Shown piece after piece: positions 15,268-28,820 of a DNA stretch of 64,000 bases; the stretch's first letter is position 1; each line of letters starts with the position of its first letter. Made by a program: the position numbers and the translations under genes. The notes under the pieces are model-generated. The model was not told the origin of the DNA. It did no database searches and saw only the letters and a program-made list of their open reading frames with translations. Source of the stretch: the human T2T-CHM13v2.0 reference genome, Homo sapiens; assembly GCF_009914755.1 (NCBI RefSeq), contig NC_060928.1. One strand, 5' to 3'.

Positions 15268-15518
15268 GGAGGTGGGAGGATCACTTGAAGCCAGGAGTTT
15301 GAGACCACCCTGGAAAACATAGTGAGACCCCTGCCTCTACAAAAAATTAAAATATTAGCTGAGCATGTGGCATACGACTGTAGTCCTAGCTACTCAGGAG
15401 GCTGAGGCAACAGGATTCCTTGAGCCCAGGAATTGAGGGTTAAAGTGAGGTATAATCGCACCACTACACTCCAGACTGGGTGACAGAGTGAGACCCTGTC
15501 TCTTAAAAAAGAAAAAAG
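15268..15518 (+). mobile_element. AluJ, 5'-truncated
   Basis: ggtgggaggatcacttgaagccagg...catagtgagaccc. Confidence 0.9.
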
Positions 15519-15568
15519 GGCAAAGGAGCAAATTACATGAACACACATTTCACTGAAGAAGATATATA

Positions 15569-18500
15569 CACTTGACCCTTAACCAACACAGGTTTAAACT
15601 ATTTGGGTCCAGTTATATGTGAATTTTCTCAATAAATATATTTGAAATTTTTTGGAGATTTGTGACAATTTGAAAAATCTTACAGACAAACTTCATAGCC
15701 TAGGAATATTGAAAAAATTAAGAAAAAAGTAAGTAGGTCATGAATGCATAAAATATATGTAGATACCAGTCTATTTTTATCATTTTTTACCATAAAAATA
15801 TATACAAATCTATTATAAAAAGTTAAAATGTATCAAGACTTACACATGCACAGACTGTAGTACATGGTGCCATTCATAATCAAGAGAAATGTAAACAGTG
15901 AAGATGCAGTATTAAATCATTAACTGCATAAAATTAACTGTAGTACAGGCTCTACTACCAAAATAACTTCGTAGCCATCTCTTGTCGCTATAGTGGTAAG
16001 CTCAAATGTTGCGAGTATTCATTAAAACACTGTGCGATGCTAATTATCTCTGCCAGAGCAGTTTGTCTCTCCAGTAAGTTGTATATGGCAACAAAATGTG
16101 TCTCAAGGTTCATGCATATATTTTTCATCATGTTTAGCTCAATATCATAAACCTTGACTAACACCGTGGAACTCATACGAAGTGCCACTAGTGATGCTGG
16201 CTGTGTTCCCAAGAAGCAGAGAAAAGTCATGACATAACAAGGAAAAGTTGAATTGCTTGATACGTACCTTAGATTGAGGTCTGCAGGTACAGCTGCCGAC
16301 TATTTCAAGAAAAACAAATCTAGCATTAAGGACCACTGTAAAAACAGAGAGGGAAACTGGTGAAGCCATCACTGCAGCTCTGCCAGAAGGCACAAAACCC
16401 TGCACTGTTTGCAAAATACTTTTTTATCTCATAATGAAAATCCAGCTTTATTGTGGGCACAGGGTTGCTATAAGAAAGGCATATCCATGGACTCTAATAT
16501 GATTTGAGAAAAAGCTAAGTCATTATATGACAATTTAAAGCAAAAATAACATGAAGGATCTAAAGCTGCAGAATTTAATGCCAGCAAAGGATGGCTTGGT
16601 AATTTTAGAAAGAGGTATGGCATAAAAATGTCAAGAGAACAGGAGACGCAGCTTCTGCCAACCAAGAGGCAACAGACAAGTTCCCAGACATTAAAAAAAA
16701 TCACTGAGGATAAAGTACATCTGCCCAGGTTTTTATTGTAGATGAAAGTACCCTATTCTAAAAAAAAAGAAAAAACAAAGCTTACCAAGGACATTTATTA
16801 CTATAGAAAAGAAGTGAGCACCAGGATTTAAGGGTATAAAGGGATAGACTAACTCCTGTTTTGAGCAAATGCAGTTGGGTTTATAATCATAAGTGTCCTC
16901 ATCGACAAAGCTGCTAAACCCTGAGTCTTGAAGGGAAAAGGTAAACACCAAATGCCAGTATTTTGGTTGTACCACAAGTAGGGCTGGAAATGAGAGTGCT
17001 TTCTGGATTGCTTCCACTGATACTTTGTCGCTGAAGTTAGAAAGTACCTTGCCAGTAAGAGACTGCCTTTTTAAATTTGTTTGGTATTGGACAATGCCCT
17101 TGGCCACCCAGAACCTCATGAGTTCAACACCTATGCATTGAAGGGTCTACTTGAACCCAAACACAACATCTCTAACTCAGCCTCTAAATAAGGGCATTAT
17201 AAAGACCTTTAAGGCTCACTACTCTATGGAAAGGATTGCCAACCTATTGAAGAGAACCCTGACAGAGACAACATCATGAAAGTCTAGAAAAATGACACCA
17301 TAGAAGATGCCATCATTGTTACAGAAGAAGCCATAAAAGCCATCAAGCTCAAAACAACAAGTTCCTGTTGGAGAAAAATGTTCCCAGATGTTGTGCACGA
17401 TTTCGTAAGATGTATGATAGAGCTGATCAGGAAACTGTGAGAGACTGCAGATACAGCAAAAAAGGTGAGGGGTGAAGGGTTTCAAAATATGGATCTTGGA
17501 GAAACTCAAACGCTAGTACACACCACATCAGAGGAATTAACAGAAGACAACTTGATGAAGATGAGTGCTTCTGAACTAGTACCAGACAATGAGGAAGAAG
17601 ATGTAGAATAAGCAGTGCCAGAAAAAAAATCGACATTAGACAATCTGAAGAAGGGTTCCGATTATCCAAGACTTCTTTTATGACATGGACTCTTCTATGA
17701 TACAGGCACTGAAACTAAACCAAATGGTGGAAGAAGGATTGGAAAAGAAATATTTTTAGAGAAATAAAGCAAAAAAAAAAAAGGAAGAAAAATTATAATG
17801 TATTTCTGTAACATGACACCAAGTGTGCCTGCCTCTCCTGCCTCCCTGGCCTCCCCTTCCCTTCCCTTCCACCTCCTCCACCTCTTCTGCTTCTGCCACT
17901 CCTAAGACTGCCAAGACCAACCCCTTCTCTTCCTCCTCAGCCTACTCAATGTGAAGATGATGAGGATGAAGACCTTTATGATGATCCACTTTCACTTAAT
18001 GAATGGTAAATACATTTTCTCTTCCTGATGATTTTCTTAGTAACATTTTCTTTTCTCCAGCTTGCTTTAAGAATACATATATTATGTGTAACATACAAAA
18101 TACGTGTTAATCAACTGTTCATGTTGGTGGTAAGCCTTCAACAGTAGGTTATTAGGGCCGGGTGTGGTGGTTCACACCTGTAATCCCAGCACTTTGGGAG
18201 GCCGAGGCGGGCGGATCACAAGGTGAGGAGATCAAGACCAGCCTGGCCAACATAGTAAAACCCCGTCTCTACTAAAAATACAAAAAATTAGCTGGGCGTG
18301 GTGGCAGGTGCCTATAATCCCAGCTACTCAAGAAGCTGAGGCAGGAGAATCGCTTGAACTTGGAGGTTGCAGTGGTCCGAGATAGCGCCATTGCACTTCA
18401 GCCCGGGCAACAGTGTGAGACTCCGTCTCAAAAACAAAACAAGACAAAACAAAACAAAACAAAAAAAAATAGGTTATTAGTAGTTACATTTTGGGAGAGT

Positions 18501-18574
18501 CAAAAGTTATACATAAATTTTCGACTGGAGGGGCACTGGCATCCCTAAGCCCTGAGTTGCTCAAGGGTCAACTG
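15569..18574 (+). mobile_element. Near full-length Tigger2 (pogo/TcMar) with decayed transposase and nested Alu
   Basis: TIRs ca(c)ttgaccctt... and ...aagggtcaactg flanked by TA (15567-68, 18575-76); ~2.7 kb without the Alu; remnants PKKQRKVMT*QGKVELLD (~16208) and VLDNALGHP (~17085) with stops. Confidence 0.92.
18156..18469 (+). mobile_element. AluS (Sg/Sc-like) inside Tigger2
   Basis: TSD taggttattag on both sides; (AAAAC)n tail. Confidence 0.95.
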
Positions 18575-21500
18575 TATCTTGTCAGTAAGCATGTGTAAAA
18601 ATGCTCAATATAATTTAGTCATTAGGAAAATGCACATCAAAACCACAATGAGACACCATTTAACACCTATTATGATGGCTACTTTCCAAAAAAATGGAAA
18701 ATAACAAGTGCTAGTAAGTATGTAGAGAAATTGGAACCCTCATGTATTGCTAGAAAAATGCAAAATGGTGCAGCCACTGTGGAAAGCAAGTTTAGTGGTT
18801 CCTCAAAAAGTTAAACAAAGAGTTACCATACAACCCAGCAATTCTGTTTTCAAAAGAGTTGAAAACAGTGACTCAAACAGAATTTTGTATGCCAATGTTC
18901 TTATCAGCAATTTTCACAATAGTGAAAGGTGTTAATGACTCAGGTGTGTGTAAACAGATGAAAAAATAAATAGAATGTGGTATACACATACAATAGATTA
19001 TTCTTCCATAATAGAAATGAAATTCTGATACACGCAACAACATACATGAACCTTGAAAAGATTATACTAAGTGAAAAAAGCCAGACTCAAAATGACCAAT
19101 ATTGTATGATCATACTTAATATAAAATATCTAGAACAGGCAAATTCATAGAGACAGAAAACAGAATAGAGGTGGCTAGGAGCCAGGAGAGAGAAGAATGG
19201 GAATTATTACCTAATGGGTACAGAGCTTCTGTTTCAGATGATGAAAAACTTCCGGAAATAGATAGTGGTGATGGTTACCCAACATCCTGAACATATATAA
19301 TGCTGCTGAATTGTACACTTAAATATTGTTAAAATGGTCATTTTTAGGTAGTGTATATTCCACAATTTTAAAAAGGCATTTAAGATTGAATATTATTCCT
19401 GAAACAGAATTTAATTTGATCTAAAGTCTATCACCACAAAATTTTCAGGCAAACATAAACTAATATAGTACTAGCTTCAAAGTATATATTCAGCATTAAA
19501 ATAAGGCATCCAATTCTCTGGCCACACTAAAGAAGCCTATAAATGAACCCCAAAGGATTTGTTTTTATAGCAAGAACTTGGTATTCAAGCCAAGTTAAAC
19601 TCACAAACACTCCACAGCAATAAAAGCCAAGTTCATTGCAGACTTGAGATCTTTAGTTGTCTATTTTTACTGTTTCTATTTCCACATCTAGAATTCTCTC
19701 TTTAAGCCAGCTTAAAAATGGGGCTCTCAAGAGAAAAATATGTGCACTCAAATTTTTAATAATCAAAACTGTAGAACCTCAGAGTAGTAGAAGCTTTAAG
19801 TGTACAGACCTCAATTAACAGGAACTGGGGAAAAAAGGTTTTAATTATACACACATACCTCTGGCTCACCCCCACAATGTGTTGCATGCTTTTGGCAAGT
19901 GCCACAAAACCAATTACTTACCATGTTGTTTTCTAATCAGGAATGCTATGATTTTCCACAAACTAATGAAGAACCTGTTTCATAATAAACTTAGTCCTGA
20001 AATTATATTTTATGTTTCTAATCCACCGAAGTAGAACCTTGTCATATATTTAGGGGTAAGTATTAATCATAAAAATATCATGTTTTATCACACTGGATAG
20101 GTACAAGACAACTATCTTTTTTGTGGACAAGCTGTAATTTCAGAAAACGGATGAACGACATTATAAACTAAAAACAGAACGACACAAAAATAACAGGTCA
20201 AGAAATGCAAAACACAGGCAAAAGGTAAGTTCATCAGTTCATCTAGTAAGTTCACAAGAGATGGGCAGAGAAAAAATAATGAATACAGTTCTATGCAGCA
20301 ACATCCTCCCATCATTATACTAGTCCTCTCTATCCTCTTCTTGCCATTCAGCACTCTGTCATGCCATGATCACTACCACTGCTATTCTCAATGAGAAAAA
20401 GAAACCAAATGTGGACTTTACTTATGCAAATGATTTACAATCATTAGATGAAGAATTCACTGATTTTCCTTCCTGCCTCTGTTACAAGTATTTCCTGAAG
20501 AATACTGCCATTCTCGCATATGATTACCAGCAGCAAGTGACTGATCAGTTTGTACTCAGGCAGGAGGGAAAGGCTATTCTGACACTCTAATGCAGCACTT
20601 CAACTGGATGTCAATGTATCAAGAATGTTGTTCCAAATAGAATACAAGAACTTAAAATTAAATGAAGAAATCCCAGAGCTCCACTGATCTCTAGTCATTC
20701 TGCCAAATTAATCATGGACTCTTGATAAATTGAAAATGAATATACTGAATTAATAAAACAATTTCTATGGAAGTTATCAAATGAAAGTAATATAATTTCA
20801 GTTCAAAATAATTGTAGTACAGACAAAATTCCATTAAGCAAATTAGAATTTTTGAGTATTTTCTATGTTACATTTAGACTCTGGCTGGCAAACATCTATA
20901 AGCTCTTTTTAGACTCAATGATAAAAGATGTTTGCTGGCTCTCCTCTAATAACATTAAACCATGAAAAAGAGATGAATAGATATATATTTTATATATCAC
21001 ACAAAAACATATACATGAAACGAAGTATATATCTATGAACAGATACATATTTTATATATCACACACACGAAAAATAGATGAATAGATATCTTTTTCGTGT
21101 GTGTGTGCGTTTAAGTGGAAAGATATAACTTTTAAAGCATCAATCGGCGCCAAGCCCTCTGAATTATTTCACTCCTTTGTGGTAATATTACTAGTTTCTG
21201 ACCTATTATCTTTTTTCTATAAACTTCAGTTTCATGGAAATGGTGAAGTTACAGAAGCCTAAAAGAGGTCAGGTCTGGTGCCAAGACCATTGAAAAGAAG
21301 CCAAGAGAGCCTCGGAGGCCAGTTGGCCAAAGCCTACTAGGCTGGTCCAAACCTTCCTCTTTACAAGGATAATTCACAATAACTGAAAACGTATAATCTA
21401 AGTCATTTAGTAGGGAAGTTTTAAAAGAAATGATAATTACAAAAGCTAGGTGATAGATACATAAGCATATTTTATGGATATCTGAAATTTTCTATTAAAA

Positions 21501-22819
21501 AAGTTAAAAGTAAAATAAATTAACTTACATATTCTATACATAATAGCAGATTTTTTTCTCATTCAGGCTTTACAATGTAAGACTGCAGGACAAGGATAAA
21601 TAGAGCATCTGGTAGAGATAACCATCTCATTCCTTTTCTATTAAACACAGCAAATTCATTTCAAACTCTTTATGTTTTTTACAACTATGACTCAAAATGC
21701 GAGGGCAATAATAAAAATCATTAGCAAATTTGAATATATATATATATAAATTGGGAATGGTAAAAACCACCAAAAGCAAAGTCAAAAGACAAATGAGACA
21801 ACTGGGAGAAAATACTTGCAATATACATTACAGATAAAGAAATAATATTCCCAACATTCAAAGAGCTTAGTAATAATTTAAAAAGACCAAAACTCCTAGA
21901 GAAAAATGAAAGAAGATATAGACAGACATCTCCCCCTATATATATGGCTCTGATAGATGGGAAAGGATGTTAAACCTCACTCATAATAAGAAAAATGCAC
22001 ATTCTAACTATACCAAAATACCATTTCTTTGCCCTTCAGATTGGCAAAAATTCAAAAGCTTGACAATAGACTCACTTGGTAAGGCTGTGGGAAAACAGGC
22101 ACTCTCATACATTGCTGATGGGAATGCAAAACAGTACAAACCCTATGGAAGGGAATTTGGTAACATCTAGCAAAACTACATAGGCATTTACCACTTCGAC
22201 CTAGTAATTCCACTCCTACATTTATCCTGAAGATACACCTCCAGCAGTATGAAAAGACACAAGGTTATTAATTGCAGAACTGTATAACTATAAAATGCTA
22301 GAAACTATCTGGATACACAAACATAGAAAAGAAGATGAATGAACTGGTGTACATACACACAAAAGAATGATGACGACCTCTATGAACTGATATGGAATAA
22401 TTTCCAGGGTATATTTTCCAGTGAAAACAGTTAAGTGCCAAAGTGCTTACACAGACAATATGCTATCTTTTGTGTTGGAAAAAAGGAGAAATAAGAAAAC
22501 ACACATATCTACTAATCATTATAAAAGGAAACATTGGAAAGATAAACCAAAAAACAATAAGGTTGGTTATCTAGCAGGGTAGCATGTTGTTTTTGTTTTT
22601 AGTGATATACGTGAAACAATTCTGAAACCATTTTAGATGGTACTCGTTTAGACCAAATGAGTAAAATGTTGGCACTGTTGGGAGCCCATGTTCTCATTAT
22701 AGAAAAAGGGAGAATTGGAGGTATCAATGTAAATTCTTATTTTGAAAAAAAAAATACCCATATTCACATATGTATATCCATGTTATATGGGCATATACAT
22801 GCAAACACATGCGCATATT

Positions 22820-22895
22820 TGTGTGTGTGTGTATATATATATAGATATATATATACACACACACACATATATATATATACACACACACATGTGTA
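22820..22895. repeat. (TG)n(TA)n(CA)n compound microsatellite
   Basis: Direct reading. Confidence 0.9.
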
Positions 22896-23500
22896 CATTT
22901 TCTAGTTTGTTCCCTGATAGGGCCCAGAAGCAAAGATATCCAGCAATAACATATATACCAAAGCATCCAGATCTTGGTTTCTAATACTATTACCCAATAA
23001 GAAGGACTAAGGCTCCTAGGAGAAATGACTGACTCCAGTGCTGGGCAATAAATGCACAAGATGAAACTTATTATAAAGAGTGAAACTAATGACTTGCTTA
23101 AAAAAATGATGGGAACATGTAAAAGGATACAAGAGCCAGCATGAAGAAGATGCCACTGGTGAGGACTGGAACAATTTTAGCTCCAAAATATTTAACAGTA
23201 GTGAAATGTTAAGCATTAAGGGAAAAATAGGAAACCATAAATTCAAATCAACAATAAATAAAACAATACATATAGATAAATAGAAGGGCTCCTATTACAG
23301 TAGAATGCTGAGTAATGACTGGTAAATGCAGAGAGAGTAAATCATTATTTTGCAACTATAATAGTAAAGATTGATTCAAGCAAGTATCATCAATGGATGC
23401 TACATACAGGGGATGAAATGTTATGAGGAGCTGTATATTTTAACTGTCTTAAAGTGTCTCCCTCCCAGTAGACCCTTTATTAGTTGCAAGGAACATGTAG

Positions 23501-23873
23501 TAATATGGTTTGGCTGTGTCCCTACCCAAATCTCATTTTGAATTGTAGTTCCCATAATCCCCACATGTCATGGGAGGGACCTGGTGGGAGGTAACTGAAT
23601 CATAGGGGTGGTTACCTCCATGTTGTTCTCATGATAGTGAGTGAGTTCTCTAGAGATCTAATGGTTTTATAAGGGACTTTTTCTCTTTTGCTCGGCACTT
23701 CTCTCTCCTGCCTCCAAGTGAAGAAAGGTGTGTTTGCTTCCCCTTCCACCATGATTGTAAGTTTCCTGAGGCCTCCCAGCCATGTGGAACTGTGAGTCAA
23801 TTAAACTTCTTTCCTTTATAAATCACCCAGTCTCAGGTATTTCTTCATTGCAGCGTGAGAATGAACTAATACA
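23501..23873 (+). mobile_element. THE1 (C/D-like) solo LTR
   Basis: taatatggtttggctgtgtcc...gaactaataca; flanks tgtag/catag fit a cgtag TSD with CpG decay. Confidence 0.9.
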
Positions 23874-24649
23874 CATAGTAACTATATAGTGGAAAAATCA
23901 GACAATGAAATGGTCAAAATTTCCATCACAAATGAACGGCAGAACAGTCAGTACCTATAGATATGATATGCTCAGAAAGATATATTCCTTATGTAATATT
24001 CCATCCAGGAATGTATAACCTAAAATCTTATCAACAGAAACATCAAACAAATAAAAAATAAGGAACAAAAAATAAGAAAACGAACAAAAAATAACTTCTG
24101 AAAAGGGAGAGAAAGGATGACTGTGTACTTTTAAAATGTCATATAATAAAAGATAAAGGTTGAAGAATTATTCTAGATTAAGGGTACTAAAAAGACATCA
24201 AATATAAACGCAAGATATGATCATTGACTAATTCCTACACTGGAGGAGAAGAAAACTGCCATAGAAGGCACTTATTCAGATAACAAAATTAGAAAACGGA
24301 AGATTAAAGTAATGTAAGAATGTTAAGTCTACTTAAGTTTTTAGACTGCTAATATAAGAGATGATCCTTATTCTTAGAAATCTACACAAAAACATTTAGG
24401 ACTAAAGGGCCATAATATGTTCAATGTAACTCTCAAATGGCTAAATGAAAAGAATAAATGTATGCATGCATGTATGTTTACAAATATATACATATAAACA
24501 TGCACAAAGTGAGAAAGAGTAATAAAGCATTTGGGACAAATGGCTAACAATAGATGAATCTGGATAAAGGGCAACTGGATGCTCTTTATATTATTTTTGC
24601 AACTTTTATGCAAGTTTGAAATTATTTCCAAAAAAATCATTATATTCAG

Positions 24650-25030
24650 GAACTAACACATTATTTTTCTCCCTAAAATCTGTTCCTTCTTTTATAATTC
24701 CTACACAGCTGAACAGCACCAGTGCCAACTAGTCATCCCACTAGAAACTTGACAGTTAACCTAGATTACTCAATAGTTTCATCATTTCCTTCCGGTTCTA
24801 TAACTCCCACAACCCAAAGGAGAATTTCCTAAGGGAATATCATTAATATGACCTTTTTTTTCCTCCAATCATACCAAATTGGTGTAGGACCTAATCACTT
24901 AGCATTTCTCGTCTGATTTACTGCTACAATCTACTACTGATCACCGTTCCTCCAGTCTTGGCCCTAAATCATTCTACACACTGCTACAGAGTGAATTCCC
25001 CCAATGAAATTTGAATATGTCACTCCCTGT
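24650..25030 (+). mobile_element. L2 fragment
   Basis: gaacagcaccagtgccaactagtc...cattctacacactgctacagagtga...atgtcactccctg. Confidence 0.55.
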
Positions 25031-25289
25031 ATTTCTTAATTTGTCCTAAATATAGGTAGGAAAGAACTTAATGGATTAACTTGAAAAAAACCCAACACTA
25101 ATAAAATATATTATTTTGGATCTTCAGAAGCAAATAAGCAAAAATTACTGCCCAGAGATTTAAAAAGCTGGTATAACATAATTGATATAGTCATAAAACA
25201 ACTGCAAGAGCCTTCTCGGACCCAATCTTAAAGCAACTGCTATTAAGCAATATGTTCAGTGCCTTTTATACAAATAACATAAGAACCCT

Positions 25290-25425
25290 GGAAGAAGGAA
25301 AGGTAATTAAAAGCATAGAAGGGAAAAGAAATTTAAGGAAAAGAAGGGAAGGAAAATAAATGGGAAAGTAGAAAATTGAAAAGAAGGGAAGGAAAAAGTT
25401 AAAAAGGTAAGGGAAAAGAAGAAAA
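25290..25425. repeat. GA-rich low-complexity tract
   Basis: Repeated aagaagggaaggaaaa. Confidence 0.75.
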
Positions 25426-25660
25426 CTCTATTAGTAAAACAGAGATTTGTCTAGTGTTAAAATGTTAGCATTTTAAGAATTAACTAACCCTCTCTCAATT
25501 ATTCCTAATGAAATAGCAAGCATAATCAGAGAAAAGTATTTTTATATGTCTTTATCAATATCTGACATTTTATCAAATGTTACTTGAGGACAGTATTATT
25601 CATAATCAATATATATTCTATTATTTATAAGCAAATATGGAACCAAGTCTCTATTGCTTT

Positions 25661-25662
<2 letters not shown>

Positions 25663-25693
<31 letters not shown>

Positions 25694-25971
25694 AGACGGA
25701 GTCTCACTCTGTCGCCCAGGCTGGAGTGCTGTGACACAATCCCAGCTCACTGCAACCTCCACCTCCTGGGTTCAAGCAATTCTCTGCCTCAGCCTCCCTA
25801 GTAGCTGTGATTACAGGCACCTGCCACCACGCCCGGCTAATTTTTACATTTTTAGCAGAGACAAGGTTTCACCATCTTAGCCAGGTTGGTCTTCAACTCC
25901 TGACCTCGTGATCCACCTGCCTTGGCCTCCCAAAGTGCTGGGATCACAGACATGAGCCACCGCACCTGGCC
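25663..25971 (-). mobile_element. AluS (Sg-like) with 30-nt pure T tail
   Basis: T30 at 25663-25692; TSD tgctttcatttt. Confidence 0.95.
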
Positions 25972-26666
25972 TGCTTTCATTTTTAGATTTTCAATTTCTC
26001 AGTTCAAGGCATCAATATATAACTATACATTTATTGTATATAAAAATATACACATATATAGCATATATGTATAATATACATAAAGTTACACAATATATAT
26101 CTGTATCCGGATTCTAGTATTCTACTTGAGCACCTACACCTGTAGATTTTAGCTATCAGTATAAGGTTTTAAGTAACTTTTATGTTGAATGTCAAGTTGC
26201 ACAATAACAACAACTAGATTTTATAAATATAAACATTTATTGATATTTTACACTGAGAATATAAAATACAACAGATAGCCAAATATACATTAAAGAGTCT
26301 TCTCAGGACAAAAAGCTTGCTTCTTATATTTCTTTTCCAGTTTACAGAAGGAAAAGAAAACAAACTAAACAGAGGCAATAAACATGTCACACTACGGCCT
26401 CCTCTCCCCACAAAAAGTTGTTTTAATCATCACATTAATTTAGTCTTTTTATAACAAATAACACTTGTTCTTTAAACTTTAATTTATTAAATTGTAAGTG
26501 TGAGTAGTTGTGTGTCAGGACAGGCAGAGTAAAGGATCAAAGATCAATTCAGTCTATAGCTGGGCTCTTTTGTTGGATTTCTATAGGTCTAAGCATGTAA
26601 ATATGGCCAACAGTACAGGAAGACATTTTTTTTTTTTAATCTTATTGCTTTTACCGAGGCAAAGTC

Positions 26667-26902
26667 TGTTTTGTTGTTTTTGCTGCTGTTTTTTGAGACA
26701 GGGTCTCGCTCTTCTGCTCAGCCTGGAGTGCAGTGGCACCATCAAAGCTCCCTGCAACCTCAGCCTCTTTGACTCAAGGGATCCTCCTGCCTCAGCCTTC
26801 TGAGTAATTGAGACTACAGGTGTGCACCACCATGCCAGTGATCCCCCTGCCTCAGTCTCCTAAAGTGCTGGGATTATAAGCGGGAGCCACCACACCCAGC
26901 CA
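26667..26902 (-). mobile_element. AluJ with internal deletion of the middle linker
   Basis: ...caccaccatgcc|agtgatccccctgcctcag... Confidence 0.85.
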
Positions 26903-27104
26903 AGGAATCCCATATGCAACAGAGTTATTTAATTTACTCTTTGTATATTGCTTAAAGCATTAAATGATAGCTAAAAATCGAAGTGTTTGGCCTATCTTCT
27001 ATTCAGCTGGGACACATGCTGTGAGATCTTTGAACTTAGAAAAGCAGTTAGCCTGTCTCTTTAGGTTTGCAAATAATGAGGACAAAATCATCATAGTCTT
27101 TTGG

Positions 27105-27628
27105 GGTAAATGAGTTAAGAATATGACACCCCAAAATGCCATTCTGGCATATTGACTATTTAAGTTAAAGGCACTTAAAAAAACAGCAGGTACAAGAAGA
27201 TCATTCTGACCATGCTGTTTCTTAAAAGTAGGAGATGAAATTCCCATGTGAAAGATGCCCTTCCTATACTACAAAGAAAACAGCATTCTTATCATCAAGA
27301 ATAAAAAGATGAGGCCAAAGGAAATCTGGACAAACAATTGTTACACAAATTCTTAACATCCCAACCACTTCTCTGCCCACTTGACTACCCTAGCCCAAGC
27401 CCCCCCACCTTATTACATTTTTTGCAAGTTACTGCTTTTTGTCCAATTCAGTATATAAGTGTTTGTCTCTCACTGCTTCTTTGGGTCTTCATTTCTTTAT
27501 AGGGTTCCTATGCCACATAAAGCTTTTATTAAATAAATGTGTATGCTTTTCTCCTGTTAATGGCAATTTAATTCTTGGGCCCAACTATTACCCTAAGAGG
27601 ACAGAGGTGAAATTTTGCCTCTCCTACA
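27105..27628 (+). mobile_element. ERV1 solo LTR (MER34/MER39-like)
   Basis: agaatatgacaccccaaaat...ttattaaataaatgtgtatgcttttctcc...ttttgcctctcctaca. Confidence 0.75.
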
Positions 27629-27733
27629 GGGGAAGAGATTCTTAATAATGTTCATATCAATCTCTAATGCTAATAAACATTCTTAGTAGCTGGTTCTATA
27701 CACCATGCCCCAAGCATGAAAATAAAACTTTCA

Positions 27734-27974
27734 GGCCAGATATGATGGCTCATGCCTGTAATCCCAGCACTTTGGGAGGCTGAGGCAGGTGGATCACCTG
27801 AGGTCAGGAGTTCAAAACTAGCCTGGCCAACATGGTGAAAACCCTTCTCTACTAAAAATACAAAAATTAGCCAGTTGTGGTAGTGTGCACCCATAGTACC
27901 AGCTATTCGGGGAGGCTGAGGTGGGAGAATCGATAGAGCCCAGGAGGTCAAGGCTGCAAATAGCCATGATTGTG
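27734..27974 (+). mobile_element. Alu, S-type left arm with J-type right arm, 3'-truncated
   Basis: ggatcacctgaggtc (S) versus gagcccaggaggtcaaggctgc/ccatgattg (J); no tail. Confidence 0.85.
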
Positions 27975-28399
27975 AGTTATATATTATTTTCCCTAATGCC
28001 AAACTGCAAAAACTGTAATCAGCTTATTTTTTTGTTAATAGAAACATTTATATAAATAAATTCCTACAAGCTACATTAATGGGGGAAGCACTCAGGCTAT
28101 AAATACACACATTCACATAGGCAACAGTGATTTAGGGCACAGCCCTAAGAGATTAAAGGAATCTTTTTTCTATACAAAAAAAATAATTGCAATGTTTTAA
28201 TACCTAACAATTAGATCTATTTTCTTAAAAAGCAGATTTCTGAAAAGTTATTTTCTAGCGTTTACAATATTTCTTAGGATACTATCATTGCAGAGGTTTC
28301 TACAATGTAAAATGAATAGAAATACATACACGGCTTTATATCCATATTCTATTTCCTAGGCATTGGCTAATTTTTCTGTGTAGGACTTTATTCTTTACA

Positions 28400-28820
28400 A
28401 AGGCATTTCACATTTAGTTGACCATTTAACTTGATCCTCACAATAACCCTGTGTGAAGAAAGCTAACATATGCCAAGTACCTACCATATGCCAGGCTCCA
28501 CTCAGCGTTTTACATGAACTATCTCTTTAATCCTAACAACAATCACATGAAGTAGATACTATCAATTCCATTTTTACAAAACAGAACATTGAGAATAAGA
28601 GAAGTTAAGTAGCCCAAGGTCACATGCTAGAAACCAGAAAAACCAGGCTTTAGAAACAGGTCTGTCTGCCTTATACTCAATCCTCTGCTCTTTCACCTAC
28701 ACATTGTTGTTCCATCATCATAAAGGAGTAAACATTCAGAGGAAAAGGTATACTTGAACAAGGCTGCTTAGCTAGTATGTGGTATGAACATCATTTAAAA
28801 CTAAAATCCTCTGCTTCTAA
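28400..28820 (-). mobile_element. MIR fragments (apparently nested)
   Basis: tttaatcctaacaac...tttttacaaa...gttaagtagcccaaggtcaca core. Confidence 0.7.

Larger units (their letters stand above)
21720..24640 (+). mobile_element. Old L1 (L1MC-like) ORF2 end and long 3'UTR with nested THE1
   Basis: gtcaaaagacaaatg...ctgggagaaaatacttgca; ccagatcttggtttctaatac; tttgcaacttttatgcaagtttgaaattatttcc. Confidence 0.8.

Noticed and set aside
16200-17780. Domesticated Tigger transposase (TIGD-like gene)
   Set aside because: In-frame stops and frameshifts, with no long + strand ORF in the track; a neutral fossil
19850-19980. Strong minus-strand donors (ATG|gtaagt, GAG|gtatgt) as a cryptic exon
   Set aside because: The nearest upstream AG lacks a good polypyrimidine tract
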